The position numbers were made by a program, and so were the translations under genes. The notes under the pieces were generated by a model. The model did no database searches. It saw only the letters and a list, made by a program, of their open reading frames with translations, and was not told the DNA's origin. A DNA stretch of 64,000 nt from Chrysomallon squamiferum (taxonomy: Eukaryota; Animalia; Mollusca), in assembly GCA_012295275.1 (NCBI GenBank), contig CM022678.1, positions 15,128,001 to 15,192,000 on the forward strand. The letters run 5' to 3'. Below, piece after piece: positions 12,980 through 27,364 of this stretch (its first letter is position 1; each line of letters opens with the position of its first letter).

Positions 12980-13603
12980 TGGTTTAAGCAACTGCGGGGC
13001 CCAAAGGAAAGCATAGCATAGGCCCCTACTACTGGCTAGTTAAAAAAAGAAAACGCCCCCGCCCCTCAACTCACGCCCACTATTATTACATACAACATAA
13101 ACCCACCTTAATGTTTGAACAATCAGTCAGGTGTGTTTTCGAAACAAAAGGTATCTTGTCAACAGTGTTAAAAACCAATGGAAATGCCATAAACTATAGT
13201 GTAATCCCGAAAACGTGGGTCAAAGTTTAGGCCAGAAGACAAGTGTGATTAAGTTATATATTGCGAGATTTTTCATGAACAAAGTCACTTATAATGGAAA
13301 TTGTGTCAATAATTCTCAACAACGCATTCGATGCTCATCAACGTTTTTAAAACGTTTTTCATCGTTTTTTGTGCAATTTGTATATGGCGCAATTTTGAAA
13401 ACGAATACTTCTCCGTGCAGTTTGTAACCATCAACACAAATGCACGCGAAGCACCATTTCAATATTAGAAAAACATGCTAAGGCGGTACACGAAATAAAA
13501 AAATCAAATAAATAAATTTAAAAAATAAAGGAGCTACGCGGGTCCCTGAAAGCACGGGGCACGCAGCATTTGCTACATCTACTACGTTGTTAATCCGGCA
13601 CTG
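12980..13603. mobile_element. Decayed hAT-like non-autonomous DNA transposon remnant
   Basis: The right end TAATCCGGCACTG is typical of hAT TIRs (CAGTGCCGGATTA). GC-rich GGGGCCC/GGCCCC subterminal blocks occur at both ends. The left TIR and TSD are not recognisable. Confidence 0.4.
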
Positions 13604-13657
13604 CACACACACACACACGTTTTTAAAAAAAAAAAAAAGATAATAGTTCTGTTTGTG

Positions 13658-13700
<43 letters not shown>

Positions 13701-14089
13701 GATTTTAGTTTTTTAAACTGCTGCTACTACTGCTATTACTGTTACTACACTTTTTCTCTCCCGTTATTATGTCCAGTGACCTCATATAAAACCGGGTGGT
13801 CTCATTGTTTCAGATAAAGCCACTTGTTTTAGTCAAAGTTCATTTTAATTTTCAACGTAACTGACAGTGACATGTTTAAATCATAAATCCTAGAACTTTG
13901 CACCAACTGCTACATCAAGGGAGATAATTCTTATATTTATCTGAATTTGTTTATATCGCCATTTTTGGAAACAGCCAGACTCGGAGTGGTGTGTTTGAGT
14001 ATGTACTGATGTCATCATTTATGTATGGATCAATTTTAACAAAGTAATGGTATTTGTTTGGATTCATTTGATATACTGTCTTTTGCAAA

Positions 14090-14595
14090 ATGCTTAAAAC
14101 CGGCCAGTTTTACGCAGGATCCAGTCTGTTGACTTTTGTAGTGGACTTGGTAGGGCTTCCACTTGATCAGGTAATCATTTAAATTTGAATTATTTGTAGT
14201 CGGATACATTGTGCTGTGTTTGGTTATAAATAGTTATGATTACTGTCTATTTTTTCTTTATTTATAAAATGAAAAATTATTTCAGAAAATTGAGATTTAA
14301 TTATGTAGAAATTAATTTTGGGAGTCATTAATAATTAATCTTTCGGTTACCGTAAATTTAATTTTTCATGTTGAGTTAAATTAATTAAGTTATTATTTTA
14401 GGAATGCAGCACAGACATTAAAAAAGATCTTAACATAATCAGATGCAAATGCACATCAATTTTACAAATAAATAAAGAAATAATATTTTAATAATTTAAT
14501 TTTATAATTGTTACGTTATTTAAATTTAAATTAATGTAGCTACAGCACGTACACAACTAGTTTAAATTATTTGTAAACATGTTATAATTTCATAT

Positions 14596-14661
<66 letters not shown>

Positions 14662-16038
14662 CGTGTGTGTGTGTGTGTGTGTATGCTTTAATTTGTTTTA
14701 CATTATTAATTATTATTCACTTTATTGATTATATTTTTAAACTACATCAAATTGTCCTTTTATTTGTTTTAAGAGAAAAAGCAGAATTGTATTTCAAAAA
14801 TAAAGAAAAATAAATAAAAAAGTATAATAATAATAATAATAAAATTAAATCAGTGAATGGGAGGTTGCAAACTGAAATGAATCATTTTGTCATCACCTTA
14901 TCAAAAACTGTCACCAGGTCAAATACAGCTGAATGAAATAAAAATAAGTTATCACATGTTTGTTTGGTTTATTCATCATACTGTGTATTTATATGAGAGT
15001 AGTAAAGAACTAAAACTTTTAAAAATAATTACTAGTTTATAATCTAAAAAAACCTGTATTGTTATAAAACTAAATAACTGTTACTAGATGAAGAAATAAA
15101 TAGTTAACCATTTTCACTTTATATTTATTTAAATGTAAATTATGTTGTGTTGTGTTGTGTTGCGTTATGTTGTTATATTGTATTATAGTATATTTAGTTA
15201 TATTATATTTCATTAATTTAAATTAAAATAATATGAAAGTTTAAAATATATCTATATTTTTTTAAAGTATAATGTTTCATCCTTTTTCTGCATTCAAAGT
15301 AAAATTAAGTTTAATATTGTTGATACTGTATTTCTATACATCTTAACCATTGTCTGTCATAAAAACAAAGATAAAAACCCATACTTACAATATATATATA
15401 TTCATTTTGTAAATGTGGATAAATGCAACAATACAAACTTTATTTAATTCCACCATCACCATGAGTTAGATTTTATGCAACGATAATTTAACCTGTTATA
15501 AAGACACAAATATTATTGCTGATTTTGTCATTTTCAAAATGTAGTTTATCTTATCAGTGTAGTACTAATCTAATAAGAGAGTTGTTTTTAATCTATTACT
15601 AACAGTAACTGTTCTCGTCTCATAAGAAAACTCTACCTGATAACATTGCTACTTTTTAAAAAAAATTCTACTTTTTTAAGTAATTAAATTGTGAAAATTA
15701 TTAATTTATAAATATTTTAATAGTTTTAATATTTCAAAAATGGAAATATGTAAGTAATGTTTATAGAATTTTAAATAATGTAATATTTTAAGAAACATTA
15801 GAAAAGTCATGTGTTCAGTCTTTGAATGACTATGAAAAAAACAACAATTTTGTGTGTGTGGGTGTTTGTGTGTGTGTTATAGATATATATCATTTAGTAA
15901 TAACTTGATATAAATAACAATTTAAACAGGTCAACTCTTATTTAGTGGGCAGTTGATAAATGACAGATAACTAATATTAATTTATCTGTGATTCACATTT
16001 TACAGTTTGTTAATTAAATTTTATAGTATAAATATTCA

Positions 16039-16085
<47 letters not shown>

Positions 16086-17792
16086 ATGTGTGTGTGAAAG
16101 AAATATTAATTTAATGACTGAAAAAAGCCCTGTTCATTTGTACTTTGCTAACATGATGAATGTTATGTTTGTATTTCAGGTGAACTTTCTTTTCTGCCAA
16201 GTTGTGGCCTTGTTTTTTGCCTTTCCATTCAGGATTGTGTTTTCTGCGAAGCGATGCAGTGCAGAGACACGCCACACCATCGAGCTGGTGCTCGGAGTCA
16301 GCCTCGCCTACTTCTGCTTCGGATAGTAAGCTTCACAGACAACATCCACTCACAATCAATACAAAGTCTGCTACATATCATACAATGTTAAAAACACAGT
16401 CAATATTTGTCTTATGAGTTGCCAAAGATTCATCATTCTTTTAAAGTAGTGATTTTTAAAAAATATTAATTTCTTTTTTTTTTCTTCTTCTTCTTTTTTT
16501 TTAAGTAAAGGTTTGGGAAATAATTTTCATGATGAATAGTTTTCTATTTTTACCAGCCAGGTAATGGTGAATGTTATTTTTCAGTCAGATGTGAAATAAT
16601 GATGAACAATTTTAATTTTGAGTCTGATGTAAGATAATTATAAAAAAAAAAATTCAGTCAGATATGAAAGAATGATGAACATTTTTCAGTTAGATTTAAA
16701 ATAATGATGGATATTTTTCAATCAGATGTGAGATAGTGATGAATATTTTTTTTTTTTTTTTAAATCAAGTTACAAAATAATGGTAACAACATTTTTTAGT
16801 CAGCTGTTGTGAGATGTTATGACTGTTCTTTCAGATGTTGATAAATAACGAATTAATGTTTCTTTCAGGTGTGAAATAATGATGAATTTTTAATATTTCA
16901 ACAGTCAGATCTATCACCTGTTTGTGCTGAGTGTCGTCTGCTATCTGATCATGTTGAGTGGGCAGTCGTGGATGCACAAAGCCGTCTTCCTGTTCGCCAT
17001 GTCCTACCTCAGCATCACCCACATCTTCAGGCAGATGTACGACTACGGAGGCTACACACTCGACATTACAGGGTTTGTTACGCATTGATGTCTTCCTAAT
17101 AGGTGCTGCTTTAATGAGTTCACAGTTAATAAATGATCTAAATATTAAGACTCTTTTCTTCATAAAGTTCATAAGTAGTATTAAGATTACACAGTGCTGA
17201 TAGTAATGCTGTAAATATGAGGTACTTTATAAAGTTATAAAAGGTATAAATATTAAGGCCGTTTCTATTTAGATAAATGTAGAACAGATGGTTTCTGACA
17301 TTTTTCCAGAATTTCCCCGTGTCTTTGGAGAGATTTATAATTATATAAATAAGTTTAGCACTGTAACATCACACACACTAAATATAAATCAATAGTTTAT
17401 ATACATAGATATGTAGATAGATAGAGGGATGTGTGAGTGTGTGTGTGTAAATAAATATATAATTATATATAATATTAACTTTTTCCATCAGGCCAATGAT
17501 GATCATGGTGCAGAAGCTGACAAGCTTTGGGTTTGCCTATCACGATGGTTTTGTCAAGTCTGAAGAAGAGCTCAGCCCAGAACAGCAGAAGATGGCCATT
17601 AAGTAGAAAACAGCTTAAATTTGTCTTCTGACATTTTGTAACAATTCCTGCTAATGTCATTATTTTTCACATGAATTAGGCCTGAATTTAATGTGGTTGA
17701 TTAAAAAAAAACTAAGAATGAATTGGCAGATTTAAACAAAGGATCGGAGAAAAATTGATTCTTCATGCATTATGTATGTGCACATCCAGCCA

Positions 17793-17835
<43 letters not shown>

Positions 17836-19648
17836 CACATACAAATTTACATTCTTTTCACAAAATACTTACTTGAGGCTACTATTTTGTTTCTTTTGAA
17901 CACAGTTTTCTTGCTACCAAACAGAATGCTTTGGTTATTAATATATCTGTTATAACTTTACATAAATTATAAAATGTAAATAAAATTGTTGGACCTAAAA
18001 CAGTTAAATAAAGTTAGAATGTTTGCAGTTTTAAATACACATCTACACACACACACATATTTGAATGGTGCAGATAAAGATTTGTTGTACACAACAGCTG
18101 GTGACTATAAATTATTTTACTTGCAGTGTGTGATATTTACATTTTATATCATATATTAACTTTTATAGATACCACCCATCAGATTATATACAGATTATTA
18201 TGTTTGAGAGAAATTTATTTAATTATTAAATAATTAATTATCTTCAGTTTCATTTGTCTAACAAAATCGTAAAAATAACTAAATATAATTTATTATCCAT
18301 AAACTGTAATAATGCCAGCATGTAAAACCTTGTCCTGCTGATAGTTATTATTTGTACTTGAATCACCCGTTTGCTAAAAATAAAGTACAGCAGCAATAAA
18401 CCTGTCTGTGACATGATTCAGTGTCTGTACATTACATCACAGCTTATTGTGAAAAGAGAAATACACACTGGGTGTCTGCAGATATAGATCAAGAGTATTT
18501 GCTGTGTTAATTAGGTGTGTTCTCTGATGAGAATTGAACATTAATTCAGTGAACAAATTTAGGTTAGCAAGTAAGAAGAATTAAATCACTGTCGATATGC
18601 AGTTTAACTAAAATTCGGTGCATACAACAGTATCTGTTACCTGTAGTTAGTTGCATATTATTAAAAACATCAAACTGTTAGTCAGCTGGTGCTAGAAATT
18701 AATTATGTGACAAGAGAAATGTAGTAAAATGATAAAAATATGTTAATAAATCTGATTAATATGCTTTAGATAATATGTAAGAGAGAGAGGGGGGATGAAC
18801 TCTAAAAATAGATAACAAATAAACTTGTAATTCAGCGATTGAAATGATTTGAAAGTAAACTTGAAGAAAACCTTTCTTCAAGCATCCTCATTACATGTTT
18901 TCTTATTAGCTACACCTGATTAATAGAAAAAATGAAAAAATAACAAAGGCATATTGAAAAAGCATTTATATATTACCTAATGTTCATTTTACAAACTATA
19001 TTCATTTTTATTCTCATTTTTAATAAAATTTAATTATTTTTCAGGGAACTTCCAAATCTGCTGACGTTTTTAAGTTACCTCTTTTATTTCCATGGCATCA
19101 TGTGTGGACCCTTTGTCTTCTACTCAGATTACATGGAATTCATTGATGGCAGAAACTTCTCAGAAGCCAAGATACCAGAATTAACAGAAGTAATTGGACA
19201 AATATTTTACTATCAAGAATTTATTATAAAAACTGAACACATCACAGTCAGAGTGTTCAAAAAGGTTTTTTTGTTTGTTTTTTTACATTTGAAGTTCCTT
19301 CTTAATTAATTAAAATCTTATTAAAAAAATGATTTCTGACTACTTACAGCATTCAGCTAATCACCATATCAGTTAGTTAGGTGTGAAATATTTTATTTGT
19401 GAAAATCTTTCATCTGAATAAGGTGCACGTACAAGAATGATACAGTCATTTCTTAGATGGGTTCAAGTAGATGTTTAAAGTGTTGTTTATTTTCAGGGAG
19501 ATACTCAGGCTATAATCCCACCAGATCAGTTGTCACCTCTAGTAAGTATTTATTATCACTCAGTGAACACACACACACACACACACACAGACACACATGT
19601 ACAGACACACACAGACACAGACACACACACACATATACACACATGCAG

Positions 19649-19694
<46 letters not shown>

Positions 19695-19699
19695 ACACA

Positions 19700-19743
<44 letters not shown>

Positions 19744-22700
19744 TACAGACATACACACACACACGTACAGACTAGAGTTCAAAAACTGGTATTTAAATAC
19801 CAGCAAATACCAGTTTTAGTAATTGATGGGTAATACTGATACTGAAGCACCAATACCTGTTTTCTAAATTTTAACGAGTTATGTTGAGAGATGTGTCAGT
19901 TGTTAACATAAGGTTGTGTTAGTTGCTAGTGTTTGTTCAGATGCGAGTTCAGTGCTCTTCTGTTTAATGTTCCACATTTACCTGTTTGATTGCTGACGTG
20001 TGCCATCCTAAGTTATTTTGGCAACTAGTGATAAGGGATTGGCTGCTGCTTCTCGGTTGTCGCCCAAGACACTAGATGTTTTGTGTTGTTTAAAGTCATA
20101 CTTTATAAAGTATAGAGGAATGAATCAGAACTTCTCAAAAGTGGCAAAACATACAATGTACATTTTAGATAACAAACATAATTTCCTTGTTTCCTTTTTA
20201 TAATATTCACATCCACATTTCTTCTTGGTTTTTTTATTGCTTGTACATTTCTTATATACGTTTTGTACCCATTTTAAGTTGTATAAAGGTTCATTTCACC
20301 CTTTGTTCTGAAGATAGATAGGAAAAGAAGGATAATGAATAATGTTGTCAGATGAATGTCAAATAATAAATAAGATGAGTATGTATAAGAGAAAACAATG
20401 TCCACAAAAGACCTGTAAGTACCTTTTCCTATGTACAAACTAACCAAAACGAGGAAAACTGGAGAAAAACCTGTGAAAACCGGTATTGAGAATGTCTGTC
20501 AGTAATTTACCGGTATTGATATTATTGGTAATTTGCAAACCCAAGTACAGACATACACTAAGAAACACACACACATTCCTTAACTCAGCCCATGCTCTGT
20601 TTCACAAGCAGTTGTAATTGTGTTTTGAGTATTGTCTGTGTGTGTATTGGTGTGTACATTTGTGTATCTGTGTTTGTGTGTGTTTGTTACAGTGTGTGCT
20701 GCTTGCTTTTCTAAGAGTTTGTATCTGTATGTGTGTGTGGCTGTGTCTGTGTGGGTGTGTGAATGTAAATATTTTTTTCCTTATTGCTTTCTACCATTTT
20801 ACAACAAGTCTGCATTTCTGTTGGTATCCATTAGAAGTAAAAAAGAAACTTTTATTTTATTTGTTTTCGTTTTCAGAAAGTGGTTGCTCAGAATCTGTTC
20901 ACAGCCATATTTTTTGGAATAGTCATGGTTGGAATTGTTCCATTTTACTCCCCTGATTATTTAGTAGGTAAGAATTGATTCTTCTGTTTAGTGTGTGTTT
21001 TTTAGCACAAACATTTTACTCAGCACAAAGTGAGAAAGTGTATAAAATAATATAGCTTAGAAAAGCATAGCTCAGCTTACATTAGGTTGTTACAGCACAG
21101 TATAGTTTAGTGTTGTGTTCTTTTGAGTTGTGTTGTGTTGTTTGTTGTGTAGTGTAGTGCAGTGTGGTTTAATATAGTATTTGTATATTTAAAGCATAGT
21201 ATTGAGTAGTATTGTATAGCATAGCACAGCATAGCATAGTATATCATAGAATAGTAATAGTATAGTGTAGTATAGTGTAGTATAGTATAGTATAGTATAG
21301 TATAGTATAGTATAGTATAGTATAGTATAGTATAGTATAGTATAGTAATGGTAATGGTAATAGTAATAGTATAGTATAGTTTATCATAGCATAGCATAGC
21401 ACAGCACAGCACAGCACAGCACAGTACAGTACAGTATAGTATAGTATAGTATAGTATGGTATGGTATGGTATGGTATGGTATGGTACAGTACAGTACAAT
21501 AAAAATATGGCATAGCATAGCATGGTTATAGAAGAGGATAGCATAGCCTAGGCCACACTGTATAGATTAACTACAAAACAAGTGTGATATTTTAATTTTT
21601 TTTTCAGGTCAAGAATTTTATAGGTGTTCTCTTCTGGAACGTCATTTCTATCTGCTTATAATAATAAGTCTAGTCAGATCAAAGTATTACTTTGCTTGGA
21701 AACTTGGTAAGTGGCTTCTAATTTTAAATACAATTGTAGAATTATAATTTATAGTGTGAGAAGTTGCGAAAGGCATTTTTATATTTTTACAGGAGGTAAA
21801 TAATTTCATTATTTATTTTTACTCACATCAGTATCTTGTGGTACATAATATTTAATGTGATAGGATGAGAAATATGTTTTTTTTTTTTACAGAAAGAAAT
21901 GTTTCAAATATTTAATATGGCTTAAATGCACTCAAACAATATACTGTAGTAAAATAGATTTATTATTCTTAGTATGAGGTTGAGAGACTGACTGTTTGTG
22001 TTGTTATGGCTCAGTCTGTTACTGATGAAGTAGTGAATATCTGTAATGATTAATTTATTATTTGTTTTCAAGAATGTATTAAAATACAATAGCTTTACCA
22101 TTTTTAGTGTGAGAGGTTAGACTGATCTATAACTAAATATTTGTGTTGTGGATTGATTTGTTAATAAAAAAGTAATGAATATGTGCAATGACTAATTTAG
22201 TATTTGTTGACAAAAATGAACTTAAAATACAATAGTTTTAAAAATGTTGGTGATGTGTAACAAATATTTGTGTTGTTATGGATTGGTTTGTTACTGGTCA
22301 TCTAGTGAAAGTCTCTGATGATTGATTTATAAAAGTTTTGTAAAATATGCACACATCAACCTGTAACAAATTTATAATTTTTAGGTGTTTGTTTTGTTTA
22401 CTTTTAGTTGAGGTTAGTGCTGACCTGATTTCAATGTAAACTGTCATCACTTCGGGTTATGGACACAAATGACGTGATATCTATGTTGTGTTTTTATTCT
22501 TCTTCTTGTTGTTTACTTTGCAGGAGAAGCAGTCAACAATGCAGCAGGCCTCGGTTTCCATGGTTACGATAAACATGGTAATCCAAAATGGGATCTAGTA
22601 AACAATGTGGATATTTACAGACTGGAAGTATGTGTTCAGTTTAAAAATAACAGATCTTTCATCTGTCTGTCTGTCTGTCTATTTATCTATCTCTGGAAGT

Positions 22701-25700
22701 ATGTGTTCAGTTTATAAACTTTAGTCAGTGAGAACTGAAACATCTGTTGTTAAATGTGTTTAATAATAACAGATCTTTCATCTGTCTGTCTGTCTGTCTG
22801 TCTGTTTATCTATCTCTATGTTATATAAATTCACTCAAACACAATATGCATACACAAACAAGCATGCACACACATATTTATACATAAAGATAGTTACCTG
22901 CAAAGTCAAAAGTAAAACATTTATGTTTTTACAAAATGTGTGTTCAAGAAGTGTACATTTTAAAATAAAACTTGATGTTTCTCTATGTGTCTTCAAGCAG
23001 TATAAGTTTAGAATTAATATACTGACAGACACAGATGTAATGTAAAAGTATAAGTTTAGAATTAACATGCTGACAGACACGGATGTAATGTAAAAGTATA
23101 AGTTTAGAATTAACATGCTGACAGACACGGATGTAATGTAAAAGTATAAGTTTAGAATTAATATGCTGACAGACACGGATGTAATGTAAAAGTATAAGTT
23201 TAGAATTAATATGCTGACAGACACAGATGTAATGTAAAAGTATAAGTTTAGAATTAACATGCTGACAGACACAGATGTAATGTAAAAGTATAAGTTTAGA
23301 ATTAATATGCTGACAGACACAGATGTAATGCAAAAGTATAAGTTTAGAATTAACATGCTGACAGACACAGATGTAATGCAAAAGTATAAGTTTAGAATTA
23401 ATATGCTGACAGACACAGATGTAATGCAAAAGTATAAGTTTAGAATTAATATGCTGACAGACACAGATGTAATGCAAAAGTATAAGTTTAGAATTAAGTT
23501 ACTGACAGACACAGATGTAATGTAAAGGTGAAAACGTTGCTTGCAGCTGTGTTCCAGTCTGAGGGTGAACGTCGAGTGCTGGAACAAGACGAGCACGCGC
23601 TGGCTGAGGCAGGTGGTGTACGAGAGAGCCACGCTGTACCGCACGTTGTCTGTCTTCACCGTCAGCGCCATCTGGCACGGCTTTTATCCTGGTTACTACG
23701 TCACCTTCGCTACAGGGGCTCTTTTCACACACGCAGCTAGAGAAGTGAGTTTACTAAACATCAAAATGTCACCACGGTGTGTCTTTTGTATTTAACTTAT
23801 GTGAATGTGGGGAGGATGTATGTTAGTTTCCATGGATGTATGTCTCTATCTGTATGGGTGTGTGAGTTTGTGTATGTATGTGTTTTTCTCAGGGTGTATG
23901 TATGTGTATTGCATATGCATGAGGTTATATATATGTGTATTGTATATGTGTGAGGGTATGTATGTTGGGTATCCACTCAAAAGTTATATGCAATAGCCAT
24001 ACAATTTGGAAAGCCATCGAGCAGTAAGTAAGCTGGGCACCCCTGTGTGGCGAATAATCAACTAGTGTTGACTGCTAACTGTTGTAATCACAGCTCCAGT
24101 GGGCAGCATGTGCTCGTGGTTTTATTCCAGTTATTTGGAGAAGTTGCTTTAAATAGAAGAAGGAGAAGCAGACATGTTTTCACAGTGGATCCGCAGGGCT
24201 GCCGGACAAGCTGTACTGCCACAAGACAAAATTCAAGACACATGGATTGAAACCATGGACTCGACACCAAATGTTCCTCATGCCCAACAGTTCAGTGACT
24301 ACCACGTCGTCTATTTGATTGATGATGATGCTCGCTTCCCCCTGCCACTCTGTAACCACTCTGAGACCAATGGGCCACACACCAACAACAATCTGCATCA
24401 ACTGCAGCAGAGAGTCAAGACGACCCTTCAGTTCTTAGATGCTATAGGCTGCTGGTTTTCAACCTTTTTCATACCGCAACCCCTTATGAGCAACTCAGTA
24501 TGATTGATGACCCCTTTAAAAATTTTGATTCAAAAATATCTAGGGTTAGCATATTTTCATCAACCAAAGACAGTACAAAAGGAATCTATATTCACAATGA
24601 AGGGTCCCAAACCTATCTACACATTTTAATTTATTCCTCCTTCCAAGTCAAGTTGTAAACATACCCTCGCTCAAGAACGATCTCATGACCCCCAGAAAAA
24701 AGGCTGGTGACCTCCAGGTTAAAAACCTATGCTGTAGGCTATTTACTGAAACTTAAGTGATCAAGTTATCTGGATGAAATAAAATGTATAAATAATTATA
24801 AGCCTTTCTTTCATTTATTTATTGATGGTAGACAACAATATACAACAATGTGGGATCATACCATTTTTTATCAGGGTAATGGGCAGATGATTAAGTGTGC
24901 ACTAAACCTTGACCTGTATGGTATTAAACTGGACAAATAAGCAGATGACTAATGGGAGGTAATCGTATTTGGTATCTGTGTGAGGGTGTGTGTATATATA
25001 TATAAATGTGTATTGTATCGGTGAGAGGCTGTATGTATGTGTATTGTATCTGTATGAGGGTTATATGTATGGATATTATATATGTATGTGCATTGTATCT
25101 GTGAGTATGTATATGTGCATTGTATCTGTGAGTATGTATATGTGCATTGTATGTATATGTGCATTGTATGTATGTGTTTTGTGTGTGAAGGTATATGTAT
25201 ACTATATCTGTGTAGTGTATTTGTATAGTATCTGTGTGAGGGTATATGGATCTGCATTGTATCTGTGTGAGGGTATATGTATTGTATCTTTGTGAGGGTA
25301 TATGTATGTGCATTGTATCTGTGTGAGGGTATATGTATGTGTACTGTATTGTGTGTATATATGTGGATTATATCTGTGAGGGTATATGTACGAGTACTGT
25401 GTCTGTGAGGGTATGTGTATTGTATCTGTGTGAGGGTGTATGTATGTATTGTATCTGTGAGGGTATGTGTATGTGTTCTGTATCTATGTGAGGGTATGTG
25501 AATTGTATCTGGGTGAGGGTGTATCTATGTATTGTATCTGTGTGAGGGTATGTGAATTGTATCTGGGTGGGGGTATGTGCATTGTATCTCTGAGTGTACA
25601 TCTATGTGAGTGTATGTATTGTATCTGTGTGAGGGTTTACGTATCTTTGTGATGGTGTATGTACTGTATCTGTGAATGTATATGTACTGTATCTGAATGT

Positions 25701-27333
25701 ATATGTACTGTATCTATGTGAGTGTATATGTACTGTGTGAATGTATATGTATTGTATCTGTACTGTATCTGAATGTATATGTACTGTATCTATGTGAGTG
25801 TATATGTACTGTATCTATGTGAGTGTATATGTATTGTATCTATGTGAATGTATATGTATTGTATCTGTGTGAATGTATATGTACTGTATCTATGTGAGTG
25901 TATATGTACTGTATCTATGTGAATGTATATGTATTGTATCTATGTGAGTGTATATGTACTGTATCTATGTGAGTATATGTACTGTATCTCTGAGTGTATA
26001 TGTACTGTATCTATGTGAGTGTATATGTATTGTATCTGTGTGAGTGTATATGTACTGTATCTATGTGAGTGTATATGTACTGTATCTGTGTGAATGTATA
26101 TGTACTGTATCTGTGTGAATGTATATGTACTGTATCTGTGTGAGTGTATATGTATTGTATCTATGTGAGTGTATATGTACTGTATCTATGTGAGTGTATA
26201 TGTACTGTATGTGTGTGAGTGTATATGTATTGTATCTATGTGAGTGTATATGTACTGTATCTATGTGAGTGTATATGTACTGTATCTGTGTGAGTGTATA
26301 TGTATTGTATCTATGTGAATGTATATGTATTGTATCTGTGTGAGTGTATATGTATTGTATCTGTCTGAGTATATGTACTGTATCTGTATGTGTGTATATG
26401 TATTGTATCTATGTGAGTGTATATGTATTGTATCTGTGTGAGGGTGTATGTATATATTGTATCTGTGCGAGCATGTATGTATGTATTGTATCTGTGAGGG
26501 TATGTGAATTGTATCTGTGAATGTATATGTATTGTATCTGTGTGAGGGTTTACATATCTTTGTGATGGTGTATGTATGCACTGTATTTGTGTGAATGTAT
26601 ATACTGTGGTACCTTCACTTATGAGTTTAATTTATTCCGTGACCGAGCTTGTATCTCAATTTGCTCATACATCAAATCAATTTTCCTAACTGAAATTAAT
26701 TGAAATACCATTAATCTGTTCCATCCCCCCAAACCACCCCATTTTTTGGTGTGTTTTTTTTGTTACATGATTTTAAATAAGAAAAATATATGTATAAATG
26801 ATAAATACTATGTAAAAGCACAATAAAAGAGAATGTAAAGAAATAAATTGGTTTTGTAAAGTTTATTTATCTTGAAGATGACACAAATTATTTAAATGCC
26901 TTTGGCTGGAGCACAGCCTTTATTGACTCCTTCAGCTTCAGTTTGGTACAATATCAATAGAAGTACTACACTCATATTGCCTAACCAAGTCGACTACTTC
27001 GCTCAAGTTTTTCTATGAATTCAATGGACATCATCTGCTTCTTCTTCTCAGCCCTGTCCTTTGCATTTTCTTAGGATGCATGGTCAGTAAAAAGAAATTT
27101 TGCAAAATACTGCACAAAATGTGAACACAACAGAAATGCTTCCACAGTGAGGTAACCACATCAAATAAACGAGTGAGATGCAGGATGCTGGGCAGATGTT
27201 GTGTTGTTCGTTGTGCCAACTAGTGGCAGCGTATCTGAAATTCGTTTGTAATTCAGATTTTGGCTCACAACTCAAAGCAAACTTATAAAACTCATAAGTT
27301 GAGGCACTCATAAGTTGAGGTACCACTGTATAC

Positions 27334-27364
<31 letters not shown>

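Noticed and set aside
19457-19833. His/Thr-, Cys/Val-, poly-Leu and Glu/Arg-rich ORFs (also 21107, 24924-26581, 28346, 30917, 43274, 56461, 57798)
   Set aside because: They are translations of microsatellites or minisatellites.
22998-23527. CRISPR-like appearance of regular repeats (also 37389-38010)
   Set aside because: The units are contiguous with no unique spacers, the context is a eukaryotic intron, and there are no cas genes.
22835-23671. 278-aa minus-strand ORF, the longest in the track
   Set aside because: It is a translation of the 48-bp minisatellite plus the antisense of MBOAT-A exon 10.
24171-24200. [10 protein letters not shown] resembling the RNB/Dis3 motif
   Set aside because: The following DxDDA is absent, and another frame gives a longer MULE-like match.
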